64,000 nt of DNA from Candidatus Gottesmanbacteria bacterium GW2011_GWC1_43_10 (GCA_000995415.1 LCEX01000002.1:19232-83231); one strand, 5' to 3'. Positions 1-10,766 are shown, counted from the first letter of the stretch. The notes: generated by a model not told the origin, from the letters alone. Program-made: numbers and translations.

Positions 1-659
1 GCGCCGATAGTCCGGGACGAGCGGCGATCCCAGCCTGTATAGCGATAATTTTTTAGCAGACGCGAAACTTTCGGTAAGGGGAAAAGTTTAAGCAGCAATT
101 TTCCGGCCAAAGTCGAATCAAAAAATTCAACAAGCGGTGTTGGATAATCAGTCCCGGTCATCTCAATTTGGCCGTCGGGTTTTTTTTGCAAACATCCGGC
201 AATCCCCACCTGGGGATGGGTATCCATAAACCTCACTATTTTTGGCAAAGTGTTTTTAGGGATCAAAGTATCATCATTTACGACTAAAAAATACCGACCG
301 CGCGCTTTTTTTAAGTTTTGATTATGTGCTTTTGTAAATAACAAGTTTGATTTATTTCGTGTGACAGCGACCCGAGGAAAGCGTTGTCTGACCAGTTTTG
401 CGGTTTGGTCGGTTGAGCCATTGTCCACCAACAAAACTTGGAGATTTAAGCCTTTTTGTTTATAAATCGAATCCAAACACCGCAAAATCAAATCTACGGA
501 ATTGCGGGTGATGAGGGAGATTGTAAGGTCGATCCCAGCCCCAATCCCGCCATCATTAAAAGTTGGGAAGGCTTGGCGGAATGGAACGGGATGTTCGCCC
601 CAACGGGGCGTATCCTTGGTACCATTGGCTTGCCCGTGGGGCTCCATTGGATTTTTCAT
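1..659 (-). CDS. GT2 family glycosyltransferase, 3' end truncated by window edge
   Basis: Reverse-strand translation from ATG at 659-657 gives MKNPMEPHG...IDLTISLITRNSVDLILRCLDSIYKQ...LLVDNGSTDQT...VVNDDT, which has GT2 N-terminal, DxGS-TD and DxD-like motifs. No stop before position 1, so it is absent from the complete-ORF track. The true start may be an internal or alternative codon. Confidence 0.7.
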   Translation of the reverse strand, partial: MKNPMEPHGQANGTKDTPRWGEHPVPFRQAFPTFNDGGIGAGIDLTISLITRNSVDLILRCLDSIYKQKGLNLQVLLVDNGSTDQTAKLVRQRFPRVAVTRNKSNLLFTKAHNQNLKKARGRYFLVVNDDTLIPKNTLPKIVRFMDTHPQVGIAGCLQKKPDGQIEMTGTDYPTPLVEFFDSTLAGKLLLKLFPLPKVSRLLKNYRYTGWDRRSSRTIG

Positions 660-706
660 CGTTTGTAGTCTAACATAGGTAGAAAACTTAAATCTAATCA
701 TTTATT

Positions 707-2176
707 ATGGATGACTCAGATGTTCCTTATCAACGTTTCAAGAAACAGGTGGCCCAAAGCATTCTAGTATTAGGGGTCAGACGGATTTTATACCAAGTCA
801 TACTAACTTCAGCTAATATCGTTTTAGCCCGAGTCTTAAATCCTGAAATCTTTGGTACATTTGCGATCATTTCGTTTTTTGTTTTAAACCTAGGTATATT
901 TACCAATTTAGGATTACAACAAGCACTTATCCAGAGTAAAGATGAACCGGATGCTAAAGATATTCAAGTATTTTTTACTGTACTTGTAAGTACTTCTATA
1001 TTATTTGTTCTGGCGATGTATTTTTTGGCTCCGATCATCGCGAATTTTTATGGAGGGAAACTAGGTCCGGAGAGTATTTTTTGGTTACGGGTATACGCAG
1101 TATATATCTTATTTGGCAACATAGCTTCAGTCTCGATGACCTTACTGGATAAAAGCCTAAACTATGTCAAACTTACCATGGCGGAACTTGCGACTCTCGG
1201 GATAACACAAGTCTTGATAATTATTTTGGCAATAAATGGTTATGGTTTAGCAAGTTTGATACTGGGAAATTTGATCGGTAGCATCTCGGGAATAATCATC
1301 TATTATGGGTTGTCGCCGTGGTCCTTCGGCATACATTTTTCTTTTTCCCGACTTAAACGATTTTTGGCTTTTGGACTTAACTACCAATTTGGAACTTTGA
1401 CTGGAGCTTTTAATGCAGCGGTCATTCCTTTATTTGTGGGTACTGTTTCTGGGCCGGCCGCGGTAGGGTTTATCAACATGGCCGGCGGTATCAGGCAAGC
1501 AGGACTCGCGCCTACGGAAATGATAAGTAAATTGGCATTTACCGCCGGGGCCCGAATCCAAAATCAAACACAAACCCTAAAAAAGCTAACCGAACGAATG
1601 TTTCAGTTTGCCGCAATTTTTAGTTTTCCAATACTTGCTTTAACTGGCGCCCTAGTTCCTCAATTTATTCAAATAGTGCTTTCAAAAACTTGGTTGCCGA
1701 TGATCATAACTTTATATCTATCTTTATTCCAAGGTGTATTTATTTTGTATAGCACTATTTTGATTCAAGTGTTGTTGGCATTGGGTCTTGCCAAAGAAGT
1801 CCGGAATATTTCGCTCTTGTGGTCTTTTATGCAATGGATACTGACAGTACCTTTGGTAGTCTTTTTTGGATTTAACGGAGCTGTCATGGCCGGACTCATC
1901 GTTTCGGCGACTTTTTTTATTCCACTTTCTGTACTTCATAACAAGGTAAAAATAAATATTTGGTCACCGACTTTACCGTATTTGTTTTTTGCGATCGTCG
2001 CTGCCAGTATCGTCTACGGGCTGGGAAAATTATTTGAAATTCATTTCTTTTGGGAGTTGTTGCTTATGGGGTTTGTTGGACTATTTGTTTACGCATCATT
2101 ATTATATCTATTCCGTGGACAATATCTGTTAAATGAATTCAAAATTTATAAAGAAAATTTTTTTTCAAAAACGTGA
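707..2176 (+). CDS. Polysaccharide/oligosaccharide flippase, Wzx-like (MOP/PST family)
   Basis: 489 aa with about 12-14 hydrophobic segments and the typical PST-family N-terminus (RILYQVILTSANIVLARVL); it sits at the head of the glycosyltransferase cluster. TGA stop overlaps the GTG of the next gene. Confidence 0.75.
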   Translation: MDDSDVPYQRFKKQVAQSILVLGVRRILYQVILTSANIVLARVLNPEIFGTFAIISFFVLNLGIFTNLGLQQALIQSKDEPDAKDIQVFFTVLVSTSILFVLAMYFLAPIIANFYGGKLGPESIFWLRVYAVYILFGNIASVSMTLLDKSLNYVKLTMAELATLGITQVLIIILAINGYGLASLILGNLIGSISGIIIYYGLSPWSFGIHFSFSRLKRFLAFGLNYQFGTLTGAFNAAVIPLFVGTVSGPAAVGFINMAGGIRQAGLAPTEMISKLAFTAGARIQNQTQTLKKLTERMFQFAAIFSFPILALTGALVPQFIQIVLSKTWLPMIITLYLSLFQGVFILYSTILIQVLLALGLAKEVRNISLLWSFMQWILTVPLVVFFGFNGAVMAGLIVSATFFIPLSVLHNKVKINIWSPTLPYLFFAIVAASIVYGLGKLFEIHFFWELLLMGFVGLFVYASLLYLFRGQYLLNEFKIYKENFFSKT

Positions 2177-2829
2177 ATTTTCTGCACCGCTTATTATCAA
2201 TAAATCCACTGACCGCGCCTTTAATGCGATATGGGTCGTACATCAAAAACTACAAATTGACTTTGCAGGTCGAAGATAGACTGATCCAAAAAATGCTTCC
2301 GAGTTGGCGGAAAATGCAAATTCTGGATGTCGGTTGCGGTCCGGGCGAGAGAGAAAAGGACCGGCGCTTCCAGGGAGCTGACATCCTCTGTTTTGATATT
2401 TATACGCCTTACTTGGAGGTTTGCAAACGTTTAGGTTTTCAAACTAAGAAAGGAGATGCCCGTTTTTTATCTCGCTATTTTCGACCTAAATCTTTTGATA
2501 TCGTGTTGGCACTTGATGTGATTGAGCATATGACCAGAAGTGAAGGCAGACGATTTTTAAAGCAACTGGAAATAATTGCCCGGAAACAAATAATTATTTT
2601 GACGCCATTGGGTTGGTTCCCCCAAGACCATGAGTGTGTGGGTGACGGAACCAATAAACATCAGCAACATAAGTCAGCCTGGTACAGAAAAGATTTCGAG
2701 CTACTCGGATATGAGTGCGAAGTTTTATACCATAATTTGCGAGATATCCGAAACGGAGCTAAAGCACTGATACACAAAAAAACTCCGATCCCGGCGAGCC
2801 AAATGTGGGTAGTAAAGCTTATTGTTTAA
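2173..2829 (+). CDS. Class I SAM-dependent methyltransferase
   Basis: Motif I ILDVGCGPGE and motif-II-like LALDVIEHM. Start codon uncertain (GTG at 2173 in track). Confidence 0.65.
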   Translation: MNFLHRLLSINPLTAPLMRYGSYIKNYKLTLQVEDRLIQKMLPSWRKMQILDVGCGPGEREKDRRFQGADILCFDIYTPYLEVCKRLGFQTKKGDARFLSRYFRPKSFDIVLALDVIEHMTRSEGRRFLKQLEIIARKQIIILTPLGWFPQDHECVGDGTNKHQQHKSAWYRKDFELLGYECEVLYHNLRDIRNGAKALIHKKTPIPASQMWVVKLIV

Positions 2830-2833
2830 CCTT

Positions 2834-3664
2834 ATGAAAAAGCCTCTTATCTCAGTTTTATTACCAATATACAACGAGGAGAAACATATTCGCCAGTGCT
2901 TGGATTCGTTGTTGATACAAACATATAAACCAGTCGAAATATTGATAGCTGACGATGGATCTACGGATGCGACAGTTAAAATGGTCAAAACATTTCCGGT
3001 TAAATTATTTATAAATTCTCACCGCGGACCGGCAGTGCAAACAAATTTTCTAGCATCCAAAGCACGAGGTAAAATATTGATCCGAGCAGATGGGGATATG
3101 GTGCATGACCGAAATTACCTTACAAAACTAGTTGAACCGATTTTGAAAGGCGAGACTTTCGCGACTTTTAATAATGAGGCATATTTAGCCAACCCGCAAA
3201 ATACATGGGCTGTTTGTTGGTCCCTTAATCGGGGAATTGCCGATAACCTGATTGTTCCCAAAGGTGCATCTAGTCATTCCTGGGTTTTTAGAGCCATCGT
3301 CAAACAGAAGTTTATGCAAGTAGGGGGTTATGATGATGTCGGATATGAAGATGATCAAACTGTTCTTACCAAATTGGGAATGCCGGCGGCTATAAACGCA
3401 CCGGGGGCAATTTCGTACTGTTATAATCCGGAAAGCGGTCTTGATGTATTTAACTCGAGCAGATGGATAGGCAGAGGTGTTTGGTATAGAGACCATTTTT
3501 TATTTGGTTTACTAAAACACAATTTGGTTTTTTCTTTGATCATGGGGATTTATCACGGACTGCGTACTCGAAAAATAACATTTATACCGTTTAGACTATT
3601 GTACGATGCCGGAATCTCTCTAGGTTTGGTAGAGAGAAAGTTAAGAGGAAGGCACATCAAGTAA
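2834..3664 (+). CDS. GT2 family glycosyltransferase
   Basis: MKKPLISVLLPIYNEEKHI...ILIADDGSTDAT...RADGDM (DxD). ATG at 2834 preferred over TTG at 2822. Confidence 0.85.
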   Translation: MKKPLISVLLPIYNEEKHIRQCLDSLLIQTYKPVEILIADDGSTDATVKMVKTFPVKLFINSHRGPAVQTNFLASKARGKILIRADGDMVHDRNYLTKLVEPILKGETFATFNNEAYLANPQNTWAVCWSLNRGIADNLIVPKGASSHSWVFRAIVKQKFMQVGGYDDVGYEDDQTVLTKLGMPAAINAPGAISYCYNPESGLDVFNSSRWIGRGVWYRDHFLFGLLKHNLVFSLIMGIYHGLRTRKITFIPFRLLYDAGISLGLVERKLRGRHIK

Positions 3665-3678
3665 ACTGCATCAGAAAA

Positions 3679-4443
3679 ATGAATCAACGAAAAACTGATC
3701 CGGAATTTTCTGAAGAAAGAGTTGTGCCAGATTTTAAAGAGCAGCACAATTTGTTTCAGGAACACTTTGCCCGCTATAAGTTTGCAGCTAAGTATGTTTT
3801 GGGGAAACAAGTACTTGATGCGGCTTGTGGATGCGGATATGGAGGGAAATTGTTTGCAGACAGCGGTGCCCAAAAAGTGACCGGCATAGATATCTCAAAA
3901 GCCGCAATTAAGTATAGCACTACGCACTATCGTAGTTCTGGTTTGACGTTTAAATTGATGGATTGTCAAAAATTGTTATTTAAAGACCAGGCGTTTGACG
4001 TGGTGACGGCGTTTGAATTCATCGAGCACTTGAGCTTACCAGGGCGGTTTTTACGAGAAGTGGATCGGGTATTGAAAACACAGGGAGTGTTTGTTATTTC
4101 TACACCAAATAATCTGAGAAATTCTCCCATTGAAAATAAATACCATTTCCGAGAATACAATGCTGTATCCCTTCGGTCATTGTTGAAGCCTTTTTTTTCC
4201 AAAATAGATCTTTATGGGCAGCGATATAAACCCTCAATTACTAGGCGGACAAAGCATCGGCAAAAATTAGTCAACTCAGTCCCAAAATTTGTTACTCGTT
4301 ATCTACCGTCAGGTCTAAAAGATTACTTATTCTCCCGCTTGATAAACCATTATTTACTGAACCTCAAAAATGAGGCGGATTTCAATATTGACCAAAATGA
4401 AATTGGAACAGCAACCCATCTGATAGGAGTTTGTTACAAGTGA
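3679..4443 (+). CDS. Class I SAM-dependent methyltransferase
   Basis: VLDAACGCGYGG motif I and AFEFIEHL motif II. Confidence 0.8.
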   Translation: MNQRKTDPEFSEERVVPDFKEQHNLFQEHFARYKFAAKYVLGKQVLDAACGCGYGGKLFADSGAQKVTGIDISKAAIKYSTTHYRSSGLTFKLMDCQKLLFKDQAFDVVTAFEFIEHLSLPGRFLREVDRVLKTQGVFVISTPNNLRNSPIENKYHFREYNAVSLRSLLKPFFSKIDLYGQRYKPSITRRTKHRQKLVNSVPKFVTRYLPSGLKDYLFSRLINHYLLNLKNEADFNIDQNEIGTATHLIGVCYK

Positions 4444-5579
4444 ATAAATATAGAATCCATATTCTTTGCCCGCGACTTGGGATAACCGACAGAGGTGCAG
4501 AAGTATTTGTCTATGAGTTGGCTAAATATTTACAGCGCGACTTTGCAGTGACAGTTTGGGTAAGAAAAACCAAAGGTCAATCATCAATGCTTGCTGATCT
4601 AAAAAAATATGAGGTCCAGGTAAGGTATGCTACTTGTATCGACGAGTCTCACCCCATTGCCTCGACGCTCTATAAAATTCATCCCCTTAGAAAAGTCCTT
4701 GAAAAACTGCGCCTTGATCCGATGGGGATAGAAATGCTGTCGTTTAGCTTGGTTTGCTTGCCAGGATTATTCCGATCGGGTGCGGATGTCCTGTTTCCCG
4801 TAAACGGTATCTGGGGAGTTTTGGCTTGTCAAATTGTGCGTATCTTTACCGGCATCCCATTTATATATTCATCTCAAGGTGGGATTGAACCACCGGTAGC
4901 ATTTTTACAGCCAAATGTTTATATAGCAATTCACAGGTATACAAAGTCTTGGTTGCTTAAACATTTTCCAAAACTGAAAGTCGTACATATTTCAAATGGA
5001 ATTGATTTGAAACGATTTACACCCCATGGAGAAAAGATTGTATTGGATTTGCCCCAGCCAATCTTTATCACCGTCAGCGCCTTGATACCTACAAAACGCA
5101 TTGATCTGACCATCAAAGCTATGGCCAAACTAAAATCTGGAAGTTTATTGGTATTGGGAAACGGACCGCTTAAGGAGGAACTCACCCAGTTAGGTGTACG
5201 CCTATTAGGGAGTGGCCGTTTTAAAATCCTGGCCGTCCCCAATACCCAAATACCCAAGTACTATCGGAGTGCATCTGTGTTTGCTTTTGCCGCGCCTGAA
5301 GAAAAAGGCTGGGGACTCGTACATTTGGAGGCTTTAGCATGTGGATTGCCGGCAGTTGTAAACGATGAAGAAAATTTGCGGTCTTTGATTGGTAAGGCTG
5401 CATTTTATTGTGATGTTTATGATGCCAACGCGTATTCTCGGTGTCTCTTTAAAGCCAATCAGAAACATTTTAATAGTGAAGGTAGACGTATCGCCCAAAC
5501 AGTAGCGTGGGAAACTGTGGGAAAAAAATACAGCCAACTCTTATATCAAATAGCAGCCAAAAATGAAAAAAGTAACTAA
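4440..5579 (+). CDS. GT4 (group 1) glycosyltransferase
   Basis: C-terminal E-x7-E region GWGLVHLEALACGLPAVVNDEE. GTG at 4440 overlaps the upstream TGA; TTG at 4431 is an alternative start. Confidence 0.8.
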   Translation: MNKYRIHILCPRLGITDRGAEVFVYELAKYLQRDFAVTVWVRKTKGQSSMLADLKKYEVQVRYATCIDESHPIASTLYKIHPLRKVLEKLRLDPMGIEMLSFSLVCLPGLFRSGADVLFPVNGIWGVLACQIVRIFTGIPFIYSSQGGIEPPVAFLQPNVYIAIHRYTKSWLLKHFPKLKVVHISNGIDLKRFTPHGEKIVLDLPQPIFITVSALIPTKRIDLTIKAMAKLKSGSLLVLGNGPLKEELTQLGVRLLGSGRFKILAVPNTQIPKYYRSASVFAFAAPEEKGWGLVHLEALACGLPAVVNDEENLRSLIGKAAFYCDVYDANAYSRCLFKANQKHFNSEGRRIAQTVAWETVGKKYSQLLYQIAAKNEKSN

Positions 5580-7293
5580 TTCACAGATTTGCTTAGGACT
5601 CATTTTGCTTTTAGCTTTTTTAGTAAGGGTTTGGGGGGTGGGATTTGGTTTACCCGCAAAACATTTCATTGACGAAGAAGGACAAATATACGGTGCGCTT
5701 TATGCTGCATATTCTCGGCTACAACCGGTTCGATTTATGTATGCCTCGTTTGTTCCTTATTTATTGTTGGCTGAATATGGAACAGTTTTTATAATCGGAA
5801 AAATCAGCGGCATATATCTGGCACCGTTTGACTTTTTGGTGGCTTATATTCGTGATCCCAGCAACCTGTTTTTGCTCGGGAGACTGACTATGGTTGTGGC
5901 TGGGACTTTAAGTGTCTGGCTGATATGGAAAATAGGCAAGAAATTTTATTCGAAAACCAGCGGTTTGGTAGCAGCTGGATTTTTGGCGATCATTTTTCTC
6001 CATGTAAAAGAATCTCACTATGTCAAACAAGATGTAATTTCTACTTTATTTATCCTCATGAGTTTTTATTTGGCTTTACTCAGTGTAGAAACCAAGAGGT
6101 TGCAACAGTATTTATTTACCGGAGTGACTTTGGCCTTGGCAGTGAGTGCTAAATACCAAACATTACTTATAGCGCCCGTCTTGTTTATCCACTATTACCT
6201 GACGCGCAAAAAGCCGTCGCTATCCCAATCGGTTGTGCTCGGAGTAGGTTTTGTATTGACCATGCTACTCTTAAATCCTTATTTTGTTTTGGCGCCAAAA
6301 AAAGTAATAGATGGGACTTTGGCAGAGTTTGCAATTGCCAAAACCGCTTATCCAGAGTTATTGCAAGGTCATCCAGTGTGGTGGTGGTTTGTATTTCAAC
6401 ATTTACCGCAAGGGTTGGGGACGGTTTTATTCGGAGCTAGCATTTGGGGTAGTCTGGTTTGTGTAGGACGAGGAATAAAAAATAGAAAATATTTGCTGAT
6501 TCCCTTACTGCCTGTAGTTTTTTTGTTGACCGTAGATCAATGGTCCCAATTCCCGAGTGCCAGATACGCGGTCATGTTGCTACCCTTTTTAGCCCTGGCC
6601 GCGGCTATTGGCCTCGAGTTTATTTTTTCTTTTCTGCCTCGTCACAAAGCAAGATCACTTTTCATGTTTGGGGCAATCCTCTTAGTGAGTATGGAATCGG
6701 GGATACGAGATGTAAAATTTGACTATTTGCTGACGCGGCCAGATACGCGTTATTTGAGTCAACAATGGATTGAGTCGCATATTCCGCTCGGCACGAAGAT
6801 TTTGGTAGAATCGACGGTCAGGCCTGAATACGGAGCCAATGTAAATACGCCGCTGACTTTATCCACCAGTGCAAATGACAAGCGGCTTAACGAGGCTCAA
6901 TCACGGGGCGAGTCTGGTTTATATTTGCAAGCTCTCAAAAAAGCCAATTTAGGCAAAGTTGGTTATGACATCGTAGCCACAGGTCGAGTCGACGTGCTGC
7001 TTGATGTTTTTACCAGTGAAAAAACGCTTATGGAAAATGCCGATTATTACGTCAGTTCCGAAGTGGATTATTTAGTTTTATCTAGTTGGTCAGTGAAACC
7101 GGATATGAAGCCGGAATTTATGCAATCAGTTGGTCGCCATTATGATTTGATAGCAAAATTTCGGCCGACTTATGAATTTCCCGACGACCCTCATTTGGTA
7201 AAAATGGATTATGCGGTTCTTGATCGCGTCTCTTTTTGGGGAAAGCCGGTCATTTTCGGGCCGGTGATTGATATTTACAAAAAACGAACATGA
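5563..7293 (+). CDS. Polytopic membrane protein, GT-C-fold glycosyltransferase-like (ArnT/PMT-type)
   Basis: 576 aa with many TM segments. Signal-anchor LLLAFLVRVWGVGFGLP is followed by an acidic loop HFIDEEG (DE-type motif after TM1), as in lipid-linked-sugar GT-C enzymes. Confidence 0.5.
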   Translation: MKKVTNSQICLGLILLLAFLVRVWGVGFGLPAKHFIDEEGQIYGALYAAYSRLQPVRFMYASFVPYLLLAEYGTVFIIGKISGIYLAPFDFLVAYIRDPSNLFLLGRLTMVVAGTLSVWLIWKIGKKFYSKTSGLVAAGFLAIIFLHVKESHYVKQDVISTLFILMSFYLALLSVETKRLQQYLFTGVTLALAVSAKYQTLLIAPVLFIHYYLTRKKPSLSQSVVLGVGFVLTMLLLNPYFVLAPKKVIDGTLAEFAIAKTAYPELLQGHPVWWWFVFQHLPQGLGTVLFGASIWGSLVCVGRGIKNRKYLLIPLLPVVFLLTVDQWSQFPSARYAVMLLPFLALAAAIGLEFIFSFLPRHKARSLFMFGAILLVSMESGIRDVKFDYLLTRPDTRYLSQQWIESHIPLGTKILVESTVRPEYGANVNTPLTLSTSANDKRLNEAQSRGESGLYLQALKKANLGKVGYDIVATGRVDVLLDVFTSEKTLMENADYYVSSEVDYLVLSSWSVKPDMKPEFMQSVGRHYDLIAKFRPTYEFPDDPHLVKMDYAVLDRVSFWGKPVIFGPVIDIYKKRT

Positions 7294-8252
7294 AACAAAA
7301 CACGCCCCAGTACCAGAAAGCTCATGACTTCAGCAAGAGAATAAATAGCCTTTTGGGCTTTCGGTACGGGATTTCGCCTCCGGTGTCGGACGAGAAGCCG
7401 CGGACTTTAGTCCGCGGAGGCTCACTTACCGCTCATTGTTTGGTGAAAAACGAACAGAATTGGGTGTGGTTTGCTATCAATTCGGTATTGGACTTTGTAG
7501 ACAAAATTATCGTTTTTGATACCGGTTCCACGGACGACACAGTTCCCATCATCAAGACAATACGAAGTCCTAAAATCAAATTTTCACAAAAAGGCCCAGT
7601 TGATAAAAAACAACTTACCCGACTCCGGCAGGAGATGCTGGATCAAACCAAAACTTCCTGGTTTATGGTGCTAGACGGGGATGAGATTTGGCCAAGAACC
7701 ACGATTGCCGAACTGACCGCGGCTATCCGCCAAGCCAGCTCTAAACAACAGGCAATTGTTGTCGGCCAATGGATGTGGCAGGGAGACGTGTATCACTACT
7801 CGCCAGTAGTTGAAGCCTTGGTTGATCCACTCGCACCAAAGAACTTGACCGGATACAGGTTGCCGCGAGCTATCAAAATGCTGCCAGGAATTCAGACAAT
7901 CGGAGAATATGGATGGGAAAGTTACGCCGACCAAAAAAATCTCAACGTTTCCGACTGGAATAAAGAACGACTGATATACATAAAAAACAAATTTTTCCAC
8001 GCTTCATTTTTACCGCGTTCTAGTACGAGGGAAAAAGACAGAGAGGTGATGATGCGCGGCCCCAAAACCAGATTTACTAAAGGCGCGTTATTTCCCAAAA
8101 ACGTCATTTTGCCCGAAATCCTATCTGCCAAACGGCCACAGCAAGTTCCTTCTCCCTGGCAGCATCTGACCCTAAAGCAAGCAGCAGTGGGTTTTTATTA
8201 TAGAGCGCAAAATTTAGTCGAGCGATTTGGGAGGCAGGTCGGAAATTTATGA
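7290..8252 (+). CDS. GT2-like glycosyltransferase
   Basis: CLVKNEQNWV...VFDTGSTDDT...VLDGDEIW (DxD); ATGA overlap with the upstream gene. Confidence 0.6.
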   Translation: MKQNTPQYQKAHDFSKRINSLLGFRYGISPPVSDEKPRTLVRGGSLTAHCLVKNEQNWVWFAINSVLDFVDKIIVFDTGSTDDTVPIIKTIRSPKIKFSQKGPVDKKQLTRLRQEMLDQTKTSWFMVLDGDEIWPRTTIAELTAAIRQASSKQQAIVVGQWMWQGDVYHYSPVVEALVDPLAPKNLTGYRLPRAIKMLPGIQTIGEYGWESYADQKNLNVSDWNKERLIYIKNKFFHASFLPRSSTREKDREVMMRGPKTRFTKGALFPKNVILPEILSAKRPQQVPSPWQHLTLKQAAVGFYYRAQNLVERFGRQVGNL

Positions 8253-9268
8253 CGACTCTCGGACTCATCGGTTTTGGATATTGGGGGCCAAATTATGCCC
8301 GAATTCTATCTCGACTTCAAGGAGTCAGACTCAAGTGGATTTGCGACATAAACGAAGATTTGTTGAAAATCGCTCAGACCGACTTTCCCAAGATCAATGT
8401 TTCCACCAATTATCTCGAAGTTTTAAAAGATAAAACTGTGGATGCGGTGGTGATCGCCACTCCGGTAACGACCCACGCAGCACTGGTTAAATCTGCTTTA
8501 GAATACGGTAAGCATGTTCTGGTCGAAAAACCTTTGACCACCTCAAGTAAGCTTGCCGAACAACTATTTGCTACCGCATCTCGACACAAACTCCGACTCT
8601 TTGTCGGCCACACTTATTTGTTTCATCCGGCAGTGATTAAATTAAAATCACTTCTTAAAAAGCAGCTTTTGGGTAAACCGCTGTTTTTTATTTGTCAGCG
8701 GACCAATTTTGGGCCAATCAGAAAAGATGTCAATGTACTGTGGGATCTGGCTTCACACGATATTTCTACTCTATTATTCTTAACCGGAAGTGAGGTCGTT
8801 AGTATCAGCGCGAGTGGGACAAATTACATCGACCCAGATATTGCAGATTTGGCAAACATCAATTTGATTTTTGCAAATGGGACATTTGCCAGTATTCTGG
8901 TCAGTTGGTTAGCTCCGGTAAAAGTGCGGCAAGTGACAGTAGTGGGGGAACAAAAAATGGCGGTATTTGATGATACGAGCATTAGTAAATCTTTGCAAGT
9001 TGTTGATAAAGCAGCTATTACTTTTAAACCGGGACAACCTGTAGATTTTATAAATTTTAAAAAGAATTTTGCTTACGTCAGCAAAAGACAAGTTATTCGG
9101 ATGGAAAAACGTGAACCTTTGGGGATGCAAATAAAAGCATTTATTAAATCCCTCCAAAAACCGAATAGTTTTTTCGTTTCATCCCGACACGTCTGCGATG
9201 TAATTAAAGTTTTAGAAAAAGCCGATCAAGCATTGCTATCTGGTAAAACTGTTGAGATGCGGGTTTAA
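8249..9268 (+). CDS. Gfo/Idh/MocA-family NAD-dependent sugar-nucleotide oxidoreductase (WbpB-like)
   Basis: N-terminal Rossmann LGLIGFGYWGPNYARIL and EKP motif (VLVEKPLTTS). Confidence 0.85.
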   Translation: MTTLGLIGFGYWGPNYARILSRLQGVRLKWICDINEDLLKIAQTDFPKINVSTNYLEVLKDKTVDAVVIATPVTTHAALVKSALEYGKHVLVEKPLTTSSKLAEQLFATASRHKLRLFVGHTYLFHPAVIKLKSLLKKQLLGKPLFFICQRTNFGPIRKDVNVLWDLASHDISTLLFLTGSEVVSISASGTNYIDPDIADLANINLIFANGTFASILVSWLAPVKVRQVTVVGEQKMAVFDDTSISKSLQVVDKAAITFKPGQPVDFINFKKNFAYVSKRQVIRMEKREPLGMQIKAFIKSLQKPNSFFVSSRHVCDVIKVLEKADQALLSGKTVEMRV

Positions 9269-9310
9269 TCCGCCTTCGCGAAATTCCCCGATCGTAAGGT
9301 CGTGGGAGCC

Positions 9311-10723
9311 TCAATGCTTCCAAAGTTTTTCTGCAAAAGGTCTAATTTTCAACCGGTACATCCCGACGCCGCACATATATAATAATCGCAGACCATGGGA
9401 AATAGCGTGCATTTTGGATTCGCCGGTCTGCCGTTTTTTGTAATGTACCGGATACTCTTTGATCCGAAGTTGCAAATTGGCAGCGCCAAACAAAAGGTCA
9501 AAATCGCCCCAGGGTTCATTACCCAAGATTATCTTACGGGCATCTTTTTTAAACAAGGCTTTGGTACCACACAAAGTATCGGTAACTCTTTGATTTAAAA
9601 GCCAACTAAAAAATGAACTAAAAAATTTATTTCCCAATAAGTGAAAATACCGCATTGCTTGTTTTTCCATGGGGTAGACCATCCGAGTGCCGTTGACGAA
9701 ATCCGCTCTATTTTCTGCCAGCAATTCGTAAAAACAGGTGAGTTCCTGGGGAGGTACTGTCATATCAGCGTCCAAAATGAGTAGAATCTGTCCCCGAGCT
9801 CGGGCAAATCCGGCGGCCACAGCTCTAGCTTTGCCTTGATTTTTTGGAAATGTTATTAGCGTGATAGCCTTATTCTTCTTAGCAATTTTGCGCACGATTT
9901 GGTTCGTTTTATCGGTTGATCCATCATCGACGACAATAATTTCAGTTTTTTTTCCTAGACGGGGAACCTGCTTGATGCAGGGGGTTATGTTGTCAGCTTC
10001 GTTAAAGACTGGAATAATGATCGAAGTAGAATACGTCTTTGATTTTACTTTAGGTGCTTTTTTACTAACTAAATATTCGACAAAGGCCAAATGTTTCAAA
10101 GCGCCAAGTTGGGAAATATGTCTATTAACCAAATTCGATAAACCCAGGATATGTTTAGGAATCAGTGCGGCGTATCCTGACTGTTCTATGGTAAAACCAC
10201 AGATTTCAAATATGTTGATTAAGTCCGGAAGCGGTACCCAGTTGTGTGGTCCTTCCGGCATCTTCATACCGATTTTTTCAGTGAGATGTAAGACCGGTTC
10301 CCAAATAGGATTGATAGTCGAGACCACTACCTTGGTTTGTGGAGTACAGACTTGCCTGATTTGGTGTAGTGCTTGATAAATGTCTGGTAAATGATCAATC
10401 AGATCACACAGAATGACCGCGTCGTATGTTTGCCGAAGACGAAGTTGGTAAACATTTTGTTGCCAAAATGACAAATCTTGGTGTTTGGCTCGGGCCAATT
10501 TTATCATCTCGCCGCTGATATCTATTCCGTGACCAGTACGTGGAGCAACGGAAGCTAAAATGTCTCCAGTGCCACAACCGACCTCAAGTACTTTTTGGCC
10601 AGGAGAGATATGGGCAGCAAACAATTGCTTGAGTTGCAGATAATAGTACCATGACTTTTTCTTCCAGTTGTCATAGTCCTTGGCCAGCGTGTCAAAATGA
10701 TTTTTGACTGATGAAGCATCCAT
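9311..10723 (-). CDS. Fusion protein: N-terminal class I SAM-methyltransferase plus C-terminal GT2 (polyprenyl-phosphate sugar synthase / DPM1-like)
   Basis: VLEVGCGTGDI motif I in the N-terminal half. The C-terminal half has IIIPVFNEADNI...IIVVDDGSTDKT...ILDADMT and a QxxRW-like region. Confidence 0.8.
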   Translation of the reverse strand: MDASSVKNHFDTLAKDYDNWKKKSWYYYLQLKQLFAAHISPGQKVLEVGCGTGDILASVAPRTGHGIDISGEMIKLARAKHQDLSFWQQNVYQLRLRQTYDAVILCDLIDHLPDIYQALHQIRQVCTPQTKVVVSTINPIWEPVLHLTEKIGMKMPEGPHNWVPLPDLINIFEICGFTIEQSGYAALIPKHILGLSNLVNRHISQLGALKHLAFVEYLVSKKAPKVKSKTYSTSIIIPVFNEADNITPCIKQVPRLGKKTEIIVVDDGSTDKTNQIVRKIAKKNKAITLITFPKNQGKARAVAAGFARARGQILLILDADMTVPPQELTCFYELLAENRADFVNGTRMVYPMEKQAMRYFHLLGNKFFSSFFSWLLNQRVTDTLCGTKALFKKDARKIILGNEPWGDFDLLFGAANLQLRIKEYPVHYKKRQTGESKMHAISHGLRLLYMCGVGMYRLKIRPFAEKLWKH

Positions 10724-10766
10724 AATTTTTATCAGCGCGTTTTATGCTATTATACGTTACAAAAAT

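Noticed and set aside
456-668. 70-aa plus-strand ORF at the left edge
   Set aside because: It lies antisense to a minus-strand reading frame with clear GT2 motifs (DxGS-TD, NDD) that runs off the window. The plus-strand ORF has no motif and is best explained as the shadow of that gene.
9861-10376. 171-aa plus-strand ORF, and many other 60-120-aa ORFs antisense to large genes (e.g. 1724-1939, 3185-3496, 13137-13415, 24891-25127, 54710-55138)
   Set aside because: They are embedded antisense in genes with strong family motifs, have low-complexity or odd composition, and show no RBS/start context. They are treated as spurious.
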